From NCBI GenBank assembly GCA_002772695.1, contig PFDI01000001.1, forward strand, positions 33,253-97,252: a DNA stretch of 64,000 nucleotides. Reading direction: 5' to 3'. The translations under genes were made by a program, and so were the position numbers. Each line of letters opens with the position of its first letter. The first letter of the stretch is position 1. Shown one piece after another: positions 45,941-55,356 of the stretch. The notes beneath the pieces were generated by a model. The model ran no database searches. It was not told the origin of the DNA and saw nothing but the letters and a program-made list of their open reading frames with translations. The stretch is from Candidatus Pacebacteria bacterium CG10_big_fil_rev_8_21_14_0_10_44_54. GTDB taxonomy: Bacteria > Patescibacteriota > Microgenomatia > UBA1400 > PJMF01.

Positions 45941-46233
45941 GCTTTTTTTGGCTTATCTGCAGCTATACGCTCGATGTTGTCTCGGCTTTTTTGCGTCTCT
46001 GGCCAGGAGTCGTTTGCCCAAGCGCCTTTCGTTTCTTCTAACACATCGGCATAGGTTTGGTTTTCAAGTAGTTTTGGAAATGTTGTATTGGTTAGTGGCG
46101 TAATGACAAAGGAGGAAGCGGAGGATACAAGGTGTAGTTGTGTGTTGCTAGTAATGCCAAGTTGCTGTCTAATTGCTTTTGGGATAACGATTTGACCTTT
46201 TTGGTTTGGTTGCACAATAGTTTGAATTTTCAT
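45934..46233 (-). CDS. vapB: AbrB/MazE/SpoVT-type antitoxin (VapB-like). Start is trimmed to the internal Met.
   Basis: MKIQTIVQPNQKGQIVIPKAIRQQLGI swapped-hairpin motif. Confidence 0.55.
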   Translation of the reverse strand: MKIQTIVQPNQKGQIVIPKAIRQQLGITSNTQLHLVSSASSFVITPLTNTTFPKLLENQTYADVLEETKGAWANDSWPETQKSRDNIERIAADKPKKAW

Positions 46234-46316
46234 ACTAGTAGTAATTTTACTACAAAATATATCTCGGGACAACATGCGCTATACTATCTATAACACTAAG
46301 TAAAGCAAGGAGCCAC

Positions 46317-47078
46317 ATGGGATCACTCATCTTTCTCGCCGTCGTAGTTATTTTCTTTCTCTCATTTCTCAAACAAATCAATCAATACGAGCGCGGGGTG
46401 GTGTACACCATGGGGCGGTTTACCAGCATAATTAATCCTGGCTGGCGTTTTATTTGGCCGATATTTCAGACTTTTCGTAAAGTAGATATTCGCACCAAAG
46501 CGGTTGATGTGCCAAAACAAGAGACGATTACGAGAGATAACGTTTCGTGCAAGATGAATGCGGTTATTTACTACAAAATTGCGGATGCAGCTAAGGCTAT
46601 CAACGAAGTAGAAGACGTGTTTTGGGCCGTGTCGCAGTTGGCGCAAACTACCATGCGGAGAGTGGCGGGCGAGGCAACCCTTGACGAACTGCTTTCTAAT
46701 CGAGAAAAAATTGCTGAGCAGATTCTCAAGTCGGTAGATAAAACAACCGACCAATGGGGTGTTGACGTTGAGGCAGTGGAGCTCAAGGATATTGAGCTGC
46801 CAGAAACAATGGTGCGGACAATGGCCAAGCAAGCTGAGGCTGAGCGTGAGAAGCGGGCGACCATTATCAGTAGTGAGGGAGAGGTAATGGCGGCTGAGAA
46901 CCTCATGCAAGCTGCCAAGATGCTAGCAACGACGCCAGGCGCACTCCACTTGAGAACTCTCAACTCAATCAACGACATTTCCTCTGATCAATCTAATACG
47001 GTTATTTTTGCCGTACCACTCGAGGTGCTTAGGGCAGTCGAGGGCATGGGCAATCTGATTGCTAAGCGAACAAAATAA
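46317..47078 (+). CDS. SPFH/band-7 (stomatin/prohibitin-like) membrane protein
   Basis: N-terminal transmembrane segment plus YERGVVYTMGRF...RTKAVDVPKQETITRDNVSCKMNAVIYYKI SPFH core. Confidence 0.75.
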   Translation: MGSLIFLAVVVIFFLSFLKQINQYERGVVYTMGRFTSIINPGWRFIWPIFQTFRKVDIRTKAVDVPKQETITRDNVSCKMNAVIYYKIADAAKAINEVEDVFWAVSQLAQTTMRRVAGEATLDELLSNREKIAEQILKSVDKTTDQWGVDVEAVELKDIELPETMVRTMAKQAEAEREKRATIISSEGEVMAAENLMQAAKMLATTPGALHLRTLNSINDISSDQSNTVIFAVPLEVLRAVEGMGNLIAKRTK

Positions 47079-47082
47079 TTTT

Positions 47083-48918
47083 TTAGACGCCCTGCAAGAA
47101 TTTAGCTGCCCATGGTCGATAGACCGAAGTGTAGGTGTCATTGTGTATCTCATTGCCGTTTTTATCTCGCACAATGTTGGTAAACTTAGCGCTGATGCCA
47201 GGCGCAGACCAGTCGACTTGTTGCAACTTGCCTTTTGGTAGTGCTGTGCTTGGGATGTATTCTGGGGGTAGGGGAGGGCGCGGATTCCAGGTGCTGTGGT
47301 CAACAATTTCGCTCGTACGCCCATCACTCGTGCCGTACAATTCAATTTTCATCGTGAGGTTATCACTATTTGCTTCGCCCGAAATCAAGACATAGTGATC
47401 AGTGTCGTTGATAAAGCGGAAATCGGTTTCTCCCGAGTAGACTGTGGCATCAATGCCGGGTTTGTTGTCGAGTTCGTAGTAGCTGACGCGGTAACTATGG
47501 GGGAGTCTGCGCGTTACTTTGAGGCCGGCATCGAGCACGGCGCGGAAGAGCGTGGTGCTGACTTGACAAACACCGCCGCCATCGCCGAGCTGTGTTTGGC
47601 CATTTTTAATCACATACGCAGAGCGAAATCCAGTTCTAGCTGATACATCACCCAAAGTTTTGTTGAATGAAAATTGTTCTCCTGGTGGGATTAGGTGTAA
47701 GGAAATTTTGTTTGTGGTGAGTGCTACATTGTGAATACGATTGGGAATTGAGTGAGCATACTCGCTGGTACCGAGGCCAATGCGTTCATTGATACCAAGA
47801 GAGTTGGTTTCTGCCAGCGATTTGGTGGGCGCAGTTCGCTGAAGTGACAATTTTGCTTGTTGTATTTCTGCTTCGTCACCCGACTCAATTTTTGCTAGTG
47901 CCGCAAGCAGGTTCTCTCTGGTTTCACGAACGAGCAGCCTTGTGCCATCGAGCGGAGCAACAAACTTGCTAACCACCAGACTATTTTGGTCATACTCAAA
48001 AACTGGCTCAACTGCATCGCGATAAAAAACACTCTCCCAGTTGGCAAGCAACTCAGTTGTTTTATGTTGACTAGCGCCGTCTGGAAAAGCGAGCAGCTCA
48101 ATGAGTGATATGTCGTCGAGTGTTATCCGCTGTTCATCGCTGCTTATGATTATTTTTTTTCCAACAAATTTCTCTGCTCGTGCCTGGGCTGCTGCGATTT
48201 CTTGATCAGACAATTCACCGGCTGTCGAGGCGACTACGGCAGTGATACCAAATGTTCCCGTATTGAGTCCTCGAAGAACACTTTCTTTTGTGGCTGCCTG
48301 ATTGAGCTTGCGACCGAATTGGCCAGGGAAGATATCGAGAGTGTGTTTGTTGCCCGATAGGCGCAACGTAGCCCCTGGCTCCTGACCTGGTTGATCTACT
48401 TTTTCTGCCAAGAGCTTGATCATACTCTCTAGCGTTTCATTTTGATACGACAGTCGAGTTTCGAATATTCTTGGTCTAAACACAACAGAAACAAACTGTG
48501 CAAAGCGATGCAGCAATGATCCTTGTCGGCCGATAGCAAAAGCTTTTTCTAGTTCTTGATCAACCAACCTAGTCAGGCCAAGTTCGGTTGAGCTTTTAGC
48601 AACGACGACGTTGTCAGCTTGTATAGTGAGCGTGTGTTCTTCAGGAAAAGTAGCTCTACTCAGTAGCAACTCGCGTGCTTCAAGCGCAGATTTGCCACCA
48701 ATATTGTGTCCGTCTATAAAGACATTGGGCAACATTTTTTGATGGTATCGAATGAAGATGGCTACGACAAAAAGTCCTACAAGTAGGGCAAAAATTGCAG
48801 CAATCTTTTGTATAATTTTGTACTGCTGATTAAAAAAAGTTGGCGACAATGACATTGTTCTTGTGCTATGATGATTTATGCTAGTCTCTCGAGAGTCGTG
48901 GTTATTAGTAGTTACCAT
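47083..48918 (-). CDS. VanW-family protein with an N-terminal membrane anchor
   Basis: C-terminal GGGVCQVSTTLFRAVLDAGL VanW signature. N-terminal transmembrane helix. Confidence 0.7.
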   Translation of the reverse strand: MVTTNNHDSRETSINHHSTRTMSLSPTFFNQQYKIIQKIAAIFALLVGLFVVAIFIRYHQKMLPNVFIDGHNIGGKSALEARELLLSRATFPEEHTLTIQADNVVVAKSSTELGLTRLVDQELEKAFAIGRQGSLLHRFAQFVSVVFRPRIFETRLSYQNETLESMIKLLAEKVDQPGQEPGATLRLSGNKHTLDIFPGQFGRKLNQAATKESVLRGLNTGTFGITAVVASTAGELSDQEIAAAQARAEKFVGKKIIISSDEQRITLDDISLIELLAFPDGASQHKTTELLANWESVFYRDAVEPVFEYDQNSLVVSKFVAPLDGTRLLVRETRENLLAALAKIESGDEAEIQQAKLSLQRTAPTKSLAETNSLGINERIGLGTSEYAHSIPNRIHNVALTTNKISLHLIPPGEQFSFNKTLGDVSARTGFRSAYVIKNGQTQLGDGGGVCQVSTTLFRAVLDAGLKVTRRLPHSYRVSYYELDNKPGIDATVYSGETDFRFINDTDHYVLISGEANSDNLTMKIELYGTSDGRTSEIVDHSTWNPRPPLPPEYIPSTALPKGKLQQVDWSAPGISAKFTNIVRDKNGNEIHNDTYTSVYRPWAAKFLQGV

Positions 48919-50759
48919 TGTGGCAAATTGCTACCCGCCTGACTAGACCAAGTTTTATTGTCATGCCCGACACCACAAACACCGCACTACCAAAACCAAC
49001 TCCTCCGCCCAGCGCAATGCCTGCTCCAAGTACCACCCCACAGCCGGTGCCACCAACCCAGCCAATACAGCGGACCCAGTCCACTCAAGCACAAACTCCC
49101 ACGCCAACCCCAGCTGCACCAGCCTCCTCTACAGTTAGCGCTTTACCACCATCAAGAGCTCAAGCAGAGTATGCGGCAAAATCGACCTCAACAACACAAT
49201 TGCCTCCAAGCACCTTGACAGCACTCTCATCTATGTCTAGCTCTAAGGTGCCAAATACGATTTTGCCAGAAACAAAGGAGTCGGTTGAGACAAAAAAAGC
49301 TGCTGCCCTGCCGCAAGCATCTGCGCCAGACTCGCTCAAGGTAGTACCAGAAAAGACTAAGAATACTGTCGCACAGTCTCGAATCAAACTGGCTAGTTTA
49401 AAAAAATCGCCTTTACGGTTTTTGCCATTTATTCTTATCGGTTTTCTCGTTATTGGCGTAGCTGTATTTGCATACAGAGCAATTAGTGGTGGCTCACGTA
49501 CTTCGGTTACTCCCCCAAGTTCGTCTGGTTCTGGTGCAAATTCAAGTGCTGGAGGCGCGAGCACTCCGAGCACTTCTGGTGGTCAGGCAGTAACCCTTGA
49601 GTATTGGGGATTATGGGAACCCGCTGAAGTAATGACGCAGGTCTTGAGTGATTTTGAAAAAGCCAATCCTGGTGTCTCTATACGCTATACCAAACAATCT
49701 TATCGAGACTATCGCCAGCGGTTGCAAACAGCTATTGCCTCTGGCAATGGACCAGATCTTTTTCGATTTCATGCCTCGTGGACGCCAATGTTATCGGCAG
49801 AGCTCGCACGTATGCCGGCATCAGTTTACTCTGCGGCAGAGTACCAAAAGACTTTTTATCCGGCAGCAGCAGCTCAACTCCAGGTACAAGGACAGCTTGT
49901 TGGTATTCCACTAATGTATGATGGCTTGGCACTTTTTTATAACAAAGAAGCATTGCAAACAGCTGCGGTAGATCCTCCAACAACCTGGTCTGAGTTGCGC
50001 ACTTTGGCTGCAAAACTAACCATCAAGTCTGGCAGTGAAATAAAACGTGGTGGTGTAGCGCTTGGTAACGCGACCAATGTTGACCATTTTTCCGATATTA
50101 TTGCTTTGCTGATGCTGCAAAACGGAGCAGATTTGGCAGAACCAAATTCTGCTGAAGGGAGAGACGCACTTTTGTTTTACACTAATTTTCAGAAAGCCGA
50201 TGGCGTTTGGAATAGTGTTTTACCCAGTTCAACTGTCGCTTTTGCTCGAGGTGAGGCGGCAATGCTGTTTGCACCTTCCTGGCGTGCGCATGATATTTCA
50301 GCGATTAACCCCGATTTACAATTTGGCATTACTTCGGTGCCACAATTGAGCGACACGAGAATCGCTTGGGCATCATTTTGGGCAGAAGGTGTTAGCCAGC
50401 AGAGCAAGCAGCAGGAGTTATCTTGGAAACTGCTCGAGTATTTGAGTAGCAAAGAGGTTCAACTTCGCCTACATGCTGATCAAGCTGGCCTGCGCGCATT
50501 TGGTGAAATTTACTCAAGAACAGATCTAGCTGATCAAGCGGCGAGCAATGAGTTTATGCGACCATACTTGCAGGACGCCCCGTTTGCAAGTGGTTGGTAT
50601 CTAAGCTCTGCGACATTTGATGCTGGAATCAATGATCAATTGATTGGTTATTATGAAAAGGCAGTTACAGGCTTGCTTGGTTCAAGCAGCATGAACACAG
50701 TGCTGACAGAATTAGAACAAGGCACGACTCAAACCCTTACCCAATACTCGGCAAAGTAG
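48918..50759 (+). CDS. Membrane-anchored extracellular solute-binding protein (ABC transporter SBP, family 1) with a Pro/Thr/Ser-rich N-terminal region
   Basis: Low-complexity N-terminal region, a transmembrane helix (FLPFILIGFLVIGVAVFAY), then an SBP_bac_1-like domain (VTLEYWGLWEP...NGPDLFRFHASW). Confidence 0.65.
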   Translation: MWQIATRLTRPSFIVMPDTTNTALPKPTPPPSAMPAPSTTPQPVPPTQPIQRTQSTQAQTPTPTPAAPASSTVSALPPSRAQAEYAAKSTSTTQLPPSTLTALSSMSSSKVPNTILPETKESVETKKAAALPQASAPDSLKVVPEKTKNTVAQSRIKLASLKKSPLRFLPFILIGFLVIGVAVFAYRAISGGSRTSVTPPSSSGSGANSSAGGASTPSTSGGQAVTLEYWGLWEPAEVMTQVLSDFEKANPGVSIRYTKQSYRDYRQRLQTAIASGNGPDLFRFHASWTPMLSAELARMPASVYSAAEYQKTFYPAAAAQLQVQGQLVGIPLMYDGLALFYNKEALQTAAVDPPTTWSELRTLAAKLTIKSGSEIKRGGVALGNATNVDHFSDIIALLMLQNGADLAEPNSAEGRDALLFYTNFQKADGVWNSVLPSSTVAFARGEAAMLFAPSWRAHDISAINPDLQFGITSVPQLSDTRIAWASFWAEGVSQQSKQQELSWKLLEYLSSKEVQLRLHADQAGLRAFGEIYSRTDLADQAASNEFMRPYLQDAPFASGWYLSSATFDAGINDQLIGYYEKAVTGLLGSSSMNTVLTELEQGTTQTLTQYSAK

Positions 50760-50789
50760 TGTGTTTCGAGTACCACGTATAATGTTAGC

Positions 50790-51683
50790 ATGACGCTTAG
50801 AAACTCATTGTTGCTGACTCTCTCGTACTCAGCCCAGTTTTCTTATCCGCTTCGTGTTTCTCAGCTGTGGTTGCGGTTGCTAACAGTGCCACACCAGCGA
50901 TTCTCAAAAAAACTGTTTGTGCAAGAAATTCTTGTTTTGGTTGGCAGAAAAAAAATTATCTATCAAGACGGCTATTTGTTTTTTCCTGGATATGAGCGTG
51001 ATATTGCTCTTAGAATTGCTCGAGAGCGGCGAGCAGAGCAGAAACAGTCGCAAATTAAAAAAGTTGTATGGTTATGTAAAAAAATTCCTTGGATTGTGGG
51101 GTTGGCGGTGACCGGGTCTGTCGCCTTACGTCAAGCGCGAGAGCAAGATGACCTAGATTTTTTGGTAGTGACAAAACATAATAGCTTGTGGTTGGCTCGA
51201 TCGCTGCTCGTTGGTTTTGGTATTTTGCTTGGCATGTATCGATCGAGGAACAACGCTCACACAGATGGTTGGTGCTTTAATATGTGGCTTGAGCGACCTC
51301 GCTTTGTATTGTCACCAGAAAGGCGCAGCCTATATACAGCTTATGAAGTGCTGCAGGCAGATTGGGTGTATGACCAAGGCGCAGTTCAACGGGAATTTTT
51401 GCTCGCAAATGCTTGGGTGTCTCAGGTCTTGCCGACATTTTATGTGCAAAAATTTTCTGCATGCAGTGTTGCTGCCAAGATCAAGATTTTTGCAAGCATC
51501 GGTAGCTTGTTATCACCAATTGGCTCGCTTCTTAACGTCTTGGCATTTATACTGCAACGCTGGCACATGCATGCAGCAATGACTCGCGAAGTTGTGGTGT
51601 TTTCGCAAGCCTACTTTCATCCTAGGAATACACAACAATATGTTACAAAGCGGTGGCGAGAGTTATTGCAAGAGATAGCATGA
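50790..51683 (+). CDS. Hypothetical protein with a polymerase-beta-like nucleotidyltransferase motif
   Basis: GLAVTGSVALRQAREQDDLDFLVVT resembles the GS...D.D minimal nucleotidyltransferase signature. Confidence 0.35.
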   Translation: MTLRNSLLLTLSYSAQFSYPLRVSQLWLRLLTVPHQRFSKKLFVQEILVLVGRKKIIYQDGYLFFPGYERDIALRIARERRAEQKQSQIKKVVWLCKKIPWIVGLAVTGSVALRQAREQDDLDFLVVTKHNSLWLARSLLVGFGILLGMYRSRNNAHTDGWCFNMWLERPRFVLSPERRSLYTAYEVLQADWVYDQGAVQREFLLANAWVSQVLPTFYVQKFSACSVAAKIKIFASIGSLLSPIGSLLNVLAFILQRWHMHAAMTREVVVFSQAYFHPRNTQQYVTKRWRELLQEIA

Positions 51684-52126
51684 AAGTAAATAGAATCGTA
51701 CTAGTAACTGGCGTGTTTGATTGTTTGCACCAAGAGCACATTCTGTTTTTGCAGAAGGCCAAACTATTGGGTACCAAATTGGTGATAGGTGTGGAGAGCG
51801 ATGAGCGTGTTAAAAAAATAAAGGGACACAATCGACCGATTTATTCTGAGAAACAGCGAGTAGAAAAATTGCGGTCGCTTCGGTTGGCTCAACAGGTATT
51901 TGTTTTACCGCAGTCATTTTCTCATCCCGATGAACATCGCATGCTCTTGCAGAAACTAAAACCAGATATTCTTGCAGTTTCCTCTCACTCGCCTCACTTG
52001 CGAGAAAAGCAACGATTGATGCAAGAAATAGGTGGTAGAGTAGTAGTCGTGCACAAACACAATCCCAAGATCTCAACTACTTTGCATTTAGCACAAAAAC
52101 AACAGGAGGCGTATGGCACGAGCTGA
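51680..52126 (+). CDS. Cytidylyltransferase-like (HxGH-type) small nucleotidyltransferase; possibly a RibL-like FMN adenylyltransferase
   Basis: VLVTGVFDCLHQEHILFL matches the G-FD-LH-GH motif of TagD/RfaE-II/RibL-type enzymes. About 150 aa. Confidence 0.45.
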   Translation: MKVNRIVLVTGVFDCLHQEHILFLQKAKLLGTKLVIGVESDERVKKIKGHNRPIYSEKQRVEKLRSLRLAQQVFVLPQSFSHPDEHRMLLQKLKPDILAVSSHSPHLREKQRLMQEIGGRVVVVHKHNPKISTTLHLAQKQQEAYGTS

Positions 52127-53504
52127 AACTGTGTTTGTATGCCAAGAGTGTGGTTGGCAAAATGCTCGTTGGCAAGGACAGTGTGCACAGTGTCGTGCCT
52201 GGAATTCATTGGTAGAAGAATTGATCACACAACCTATCTCAGCAGGAAAGAAAGCAAGTTCTGCAATTTCTAGTCTCACGCTACCAGAGGTCGAGCGCCT
52301 GAGCCGCTCATTTTCGCGTTTTTCTAGCGGATTTGATGAGTTGGACAGGGTTTTGGGCGGGAGCGGAAGCGATGTCGGTATTGTACAAGGCGCTGTTATG
52401 CTTGTGTCCGGAGAGCCGGGAATTGGTAAGTCAACAGTTTTGACCCAAATTGGGCTCTCAATGAAGGTGAGTACAAAAAGTTCTCGAAAAGAACCCCTTG
52501 TAGCCTACCTGTGTGGTGAAGAAAATCCAGAGCAAATCCTGCTAAGAATCAAGCGATTACAGAATTCTGGAACCAAAAAAAACTCGAAGCAAAAAGTAAT
52601 TCCTCCATCTTGGCATTTTTTTACTACTCAAAGCATCGACGCAGCACTGCAAGCTTTGAACAAACTAAAACCAGATCTAGTAGTGGTCGATAGTGTGCAA
52701 AGCTTTCGTAGCGAAGAGCTTAGCGGTGCAGTCGGCTCTGTTGGACAGGTGCGGGCAGTGACTACTGCAGTTACCGCTTGGGCAAAACAACAGACTACTC
52801 CGGTTTTTATTGTTGGTCATGTTACCAAAGAGGGTGGCATCGCTGGTCCCAAGGTGTTAGAGCACATTGTTGATGTGGTGCTCGATATTTCTGGCGAGCG
52901 AACCAGCGATCTTCGTCTCATTCGAACCTACAAAAATAGGTTTGGTGCCAGTGATGAAGTTGGGGTTTTTCGGATGGCAGAAGAAGGCTTTGTTGAAGTA
53001 CCAAATCCGAGCGACGTACTTGTTCAGCAGGGAACAAACAACACACCCGGATCTGTTTTGGCGGGAATTTTGGAAGGTACTCGTCCGCTGTTAATTGAAT
53101 TACAAGCGCTCGCTGTTGCTTCAAATCTCGCAATGCCTCGACGAGTGGGTCGAGGGGTGAGCTTGTCTCGTATTCAAGTCTTGGCAGCGGTACTCGAGAA
53201 ACACTGTAGATTGCCAGTTTCTAAGTACGATGTATTTTTGAGTGTAGCTGGAGGTATTGTCGTACGCGAACCAGCAATAGATCTAGGATTTGCTGTTGCT
53301 ATAGCGAGCTCCTTGGCTGGCAAGCCAATTCCACGCTCCTATGCATTTATTGGCGAGGTCGGCTTGCTTGGCGAGGTGCGCTCAGTACCATACGCAGATT
53401 CCCGAGCAAAATCAGCTCAGCGGTTGGGGGTAGAGCGGATTTTTTCTCATCAGAGTCATAGTTCGGTGGCAGAAGTGCTCAAAGAGCTTCAAATTCGTAA
53501 ATAA
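52113..53504 (+). CDS. radA: DNA repair protein RadA/Sms
   Basis: N-terminal Zn finger CQECGWQNARWQGQCAQCRAWNS. Walker A GEPGIGKST. KNRFG motif. C-terminal Lon-like domain. Confidence 0.85.
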   Translation: MARAETVFVCQECGWQNARWQGQCAQCRAWNSLVEELITQPISAGKKASSAISSLTLPEVERLSRSFSRFSSGFDELDRVLGGSGSDVGIVQGAVMLVSGEPGIGKSTVLTQIGLSMKVSTKSSRKEPLVAYLCGEENPEQILLRIKRLQNSGTKKNSKQKVIPPSWHFFTTQSIDAALQALNKLKPDLVVVDSVQSFRSEELSGAVGSVGQVRAVTTAVTAWAKQQTTPVFIVGHVTKEGGIAGPKVLEHIVDVVLDISGERTSDLRLIRTYKNRFGASDEVGVFRMAEEGFVEVPNPSDVLVQQGTNNTPGSVLAGILEGTRPLLIELQALAVASNLAMPRRVGRGVSLSRIQVLAAVLEKHCRLPVSKYDVFLSVAGGIVVREPAIDLGFAVAIASSLAGKPIPRSYAFIGEVGLLGEVRSVPYADSRAKSAQRLGVERIFSHQSHSSVAEVLKELQIRK

Positions 53505-53659
53505 TTCACCAGGCTTGTTTTGAGTTATTCACACTCTATAATTGGTAATTATCTATGTTGATAACTTTTTATTTTTCTCAATAAATTCACTCATAAAATA
53601 ACTATAAGATATTTTAACCAAAAACTATAGGTTGACTCTAAAATAGACGAGAGTTATAC

Positions 53660-53689
53660 TGCTATATCTTTGTGTACATAGATATAGCA
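53660..53689. promoter_or_regulatory. 30-bp palindrome (10-bp arms tgctatatct / agatatagca, 10-nt spacer containing TGTACA) in the radA-rho intergenic region
   Basis: tgctatatct-ttgtgtacat-agatatagca. Candidate dimeric regulator-binding site. Confidence 0.35.
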
Positions 53690-53750
53690 AGTACTCAAAG
53701 TGCTCTTTACTAAATCAGTAGTTTGGGATGATGTTTTTGAAAAGAAAAAA

Positions 53751-53792
53751 GCATTATTACCGCTGGACAGACCACGAGTAATAATGCCTTTT
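53751..53792 (+). terminator. Hairpin (10-bp stem gcattattac / gtaataatgc, 17-nt loop) followed by a CTTTT tract; possible terminator or attenuator
   Basis: gcattattac cgctggacagaccacga gtaataatgc cttttcat. Confidence 0.3.
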
Positions 53793-53939
53793 CATACGTT
53801 GTCTTCACCTTTGATAGAATCAAGAATGCGAAGACACAACATCGGTTACAATAGCAGCTGAGCTGCCAAATTGTAAATTCTATCTTTCTGGTTGTAACTA
53901 GATCAAATAAAATCGATTACAGCGTATATTCAGTTTTTA

Positions 53940-53979
53940 GTGGAGGTTCGGCGAGTTGGGCAGGCAGCCGAGCTTCCAC
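53940..53979 (+). other. Stable 13-bp stem hairpin (with two G-U pairs) in the rho 5' leader, about 150 nt upstream of the rho start
   Basis: gtggaggttcggc-gagttgggcaggca-gccgagcttccac. Confidence 0.5.
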
Positions 53980-54126
53980 CAAGGACTGAACAAGAGTTTG
54001 TTTTGACACATTCTTCTAATTCTGGCATACTAGGGGCTGTTCTACTCCTTTCAAACTTTTGTGCCTCAATACTCCAGCTTTATCAATTTTGTACACTGCG
54101 AGCATTTAGTAAATTAGGAATACTGT

Positions 54127-55353
54127 ATGACAACAAAAACCCAGAGTGAGACTCCTTCAATCAAAAAGTCTATCGGCAGACCGAAGGTAGTGCCAGTCGT
54201 GCCGTTACAAAAAAATACAACACAAGAAACAAACAAGCTCACTGGCGTACTCGATACGTCGCGCGACGGGCATGGCGTTGTGCGTGCGAGCATGTGTGGC
54301 ATTGATGATAGGGATGCCTATATTTCTACCGCAATTATCCGCAGATTCAATTTGCGACCAGGCGACTCTATCTCTGGAGTGGTGCGAGAACCCAAAGACA
54401 ACGAGCGATACTGGGGGTTTATGCAGCTTGATACGGTCAATGGTAGGCCGGCAGCTGAACACCAATCGATGCAGCGAAAAAAGTTTCAGTCATTTGTGCC
54501 AGTCTATCCAGATAAGCGGATTCATCTCGAGTCAAACGACGAGCAGATTGCGCTGCGTATTATCGATCTGATTGCCCCAATCGGAAAAGGACAGCGCAGC
54601 CTTATTGTCTCTCCACCAAAGGCGGGAAAAACATCGATTTTAAAAGACATTGCCTCTGGTGTGGCAAGCAATCATCCCGAAATTTATATCCTGGCTGTTT
54701 TGGTTGGGGAGCGTCCAGAAGAAGTGACCGACATCAAAAGACACATAGAGCGAATCACAAAGGGTACTGGTGAGGTGGCGGCAAGCAACTTTGATGAGTC
54801 TGCTTCAGATCAGTGTCATGTGGCCGAGTTGGCTTTGGAAAAGGCCAAGCGTATGGTAGAAGAGGGTAAGGACGTGCTTATTTTGCTTGATTCTATTACT
54901 CGCCTTGCCCGCGCCTACAACCTCTCTATTCCCACCTCTGGTAGAACTCTGTCTGGTGGTTTTGATCCGGCAGCCTTGTTCCCACCAAAGAAGTTCTTTG
55001 GTGCTGCACGCAATCTTGAGACGCCGGGCAGTTTGACTATTATCGGCACTGCATTGGTCGACACCGGCTCTCGTATGGACGATCTGGTTTACGAAGAATT
55101 TAAGGGTACGGGCAATCAAGAGATACACCTTGACCGCAAGCTGGCCGAGCGACGGGTGTATCCTGCCATTGATGTTCAACGCTCTAGTACGCGCAGAGAC
55201 GACTTGCTGTTTGATTCAGTCGAGTACCAATCGATCACCACACTACATCGTATGCTTGATATGCTTGATCGAGATGAAAGAACTGCCACACTCATCAATC
55301 GTTTGCGTCGAACCAAGACAAATAAAGAGTTTTTGGCTTCTTTGAAGTCGTAA
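54127..55353 (+). CDS. rho: Transcription termination factor Rho
   Basis: RNA-binding OB region. Walker A SPPKAGKTSILKDIA. Q-loop/R-loop region (LTIIGTALVDTGSRMDDLVYEEFKGTGN). Confidence 0.85.
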   Translation: MTTKTQSETPSIKKSIGRPKVVPVVPLQKNTTQETNKLTGVLDTSRDGHGVVRASMCGIDDRDAYISTAIIRRFNLRPGDSISGVVREPKDNERYWGFMQLDTVNGRPAAEHQSMQRKKFQSFVPVYPDKRIHLESNDEQIALRIIDLIAPIGKGQRSLIVSPPKAGKTSILKDIASGVASNHPEIYILAVLVGERPEEVTDIKRHIERITKGTGEVAASNFDESASDQCHVAELALEKAKRMVEEGKDVLILLDSITRLARAYNLSIPTSGRTLSGGFDPAALFPPKKFFGAARNLETPGSLTIIGTALVDTGSRMDDLVYEEFKGTGNQEIHLDRKLAERRVYPAIDVQRSSTRRDDLLFDSVEYQSITTLHRMLDMLDRDERTATLINRLRRTKTNKEFLASLKS

Positions 55354-55356
55354 GCA

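Noticed and set aside
48918-48918. Divergent vanW and SBP genes appear to share their first base
   Set aside because: This is almost certainly an artefact of taking the longest ORFs. Internal Mets (about 48855 for vanW, about 48963 for the SBP) give a normal divergent promoter region. It is not a real overlap.
53940-54149. 69-aa ORF in the rho leader
   Set aside because: No ribosome-binding site. It overlaps the strong hairpin and the rho start. Its composition is typical of a non-coding frame, so I treated it as leader RNA rather than a gene.
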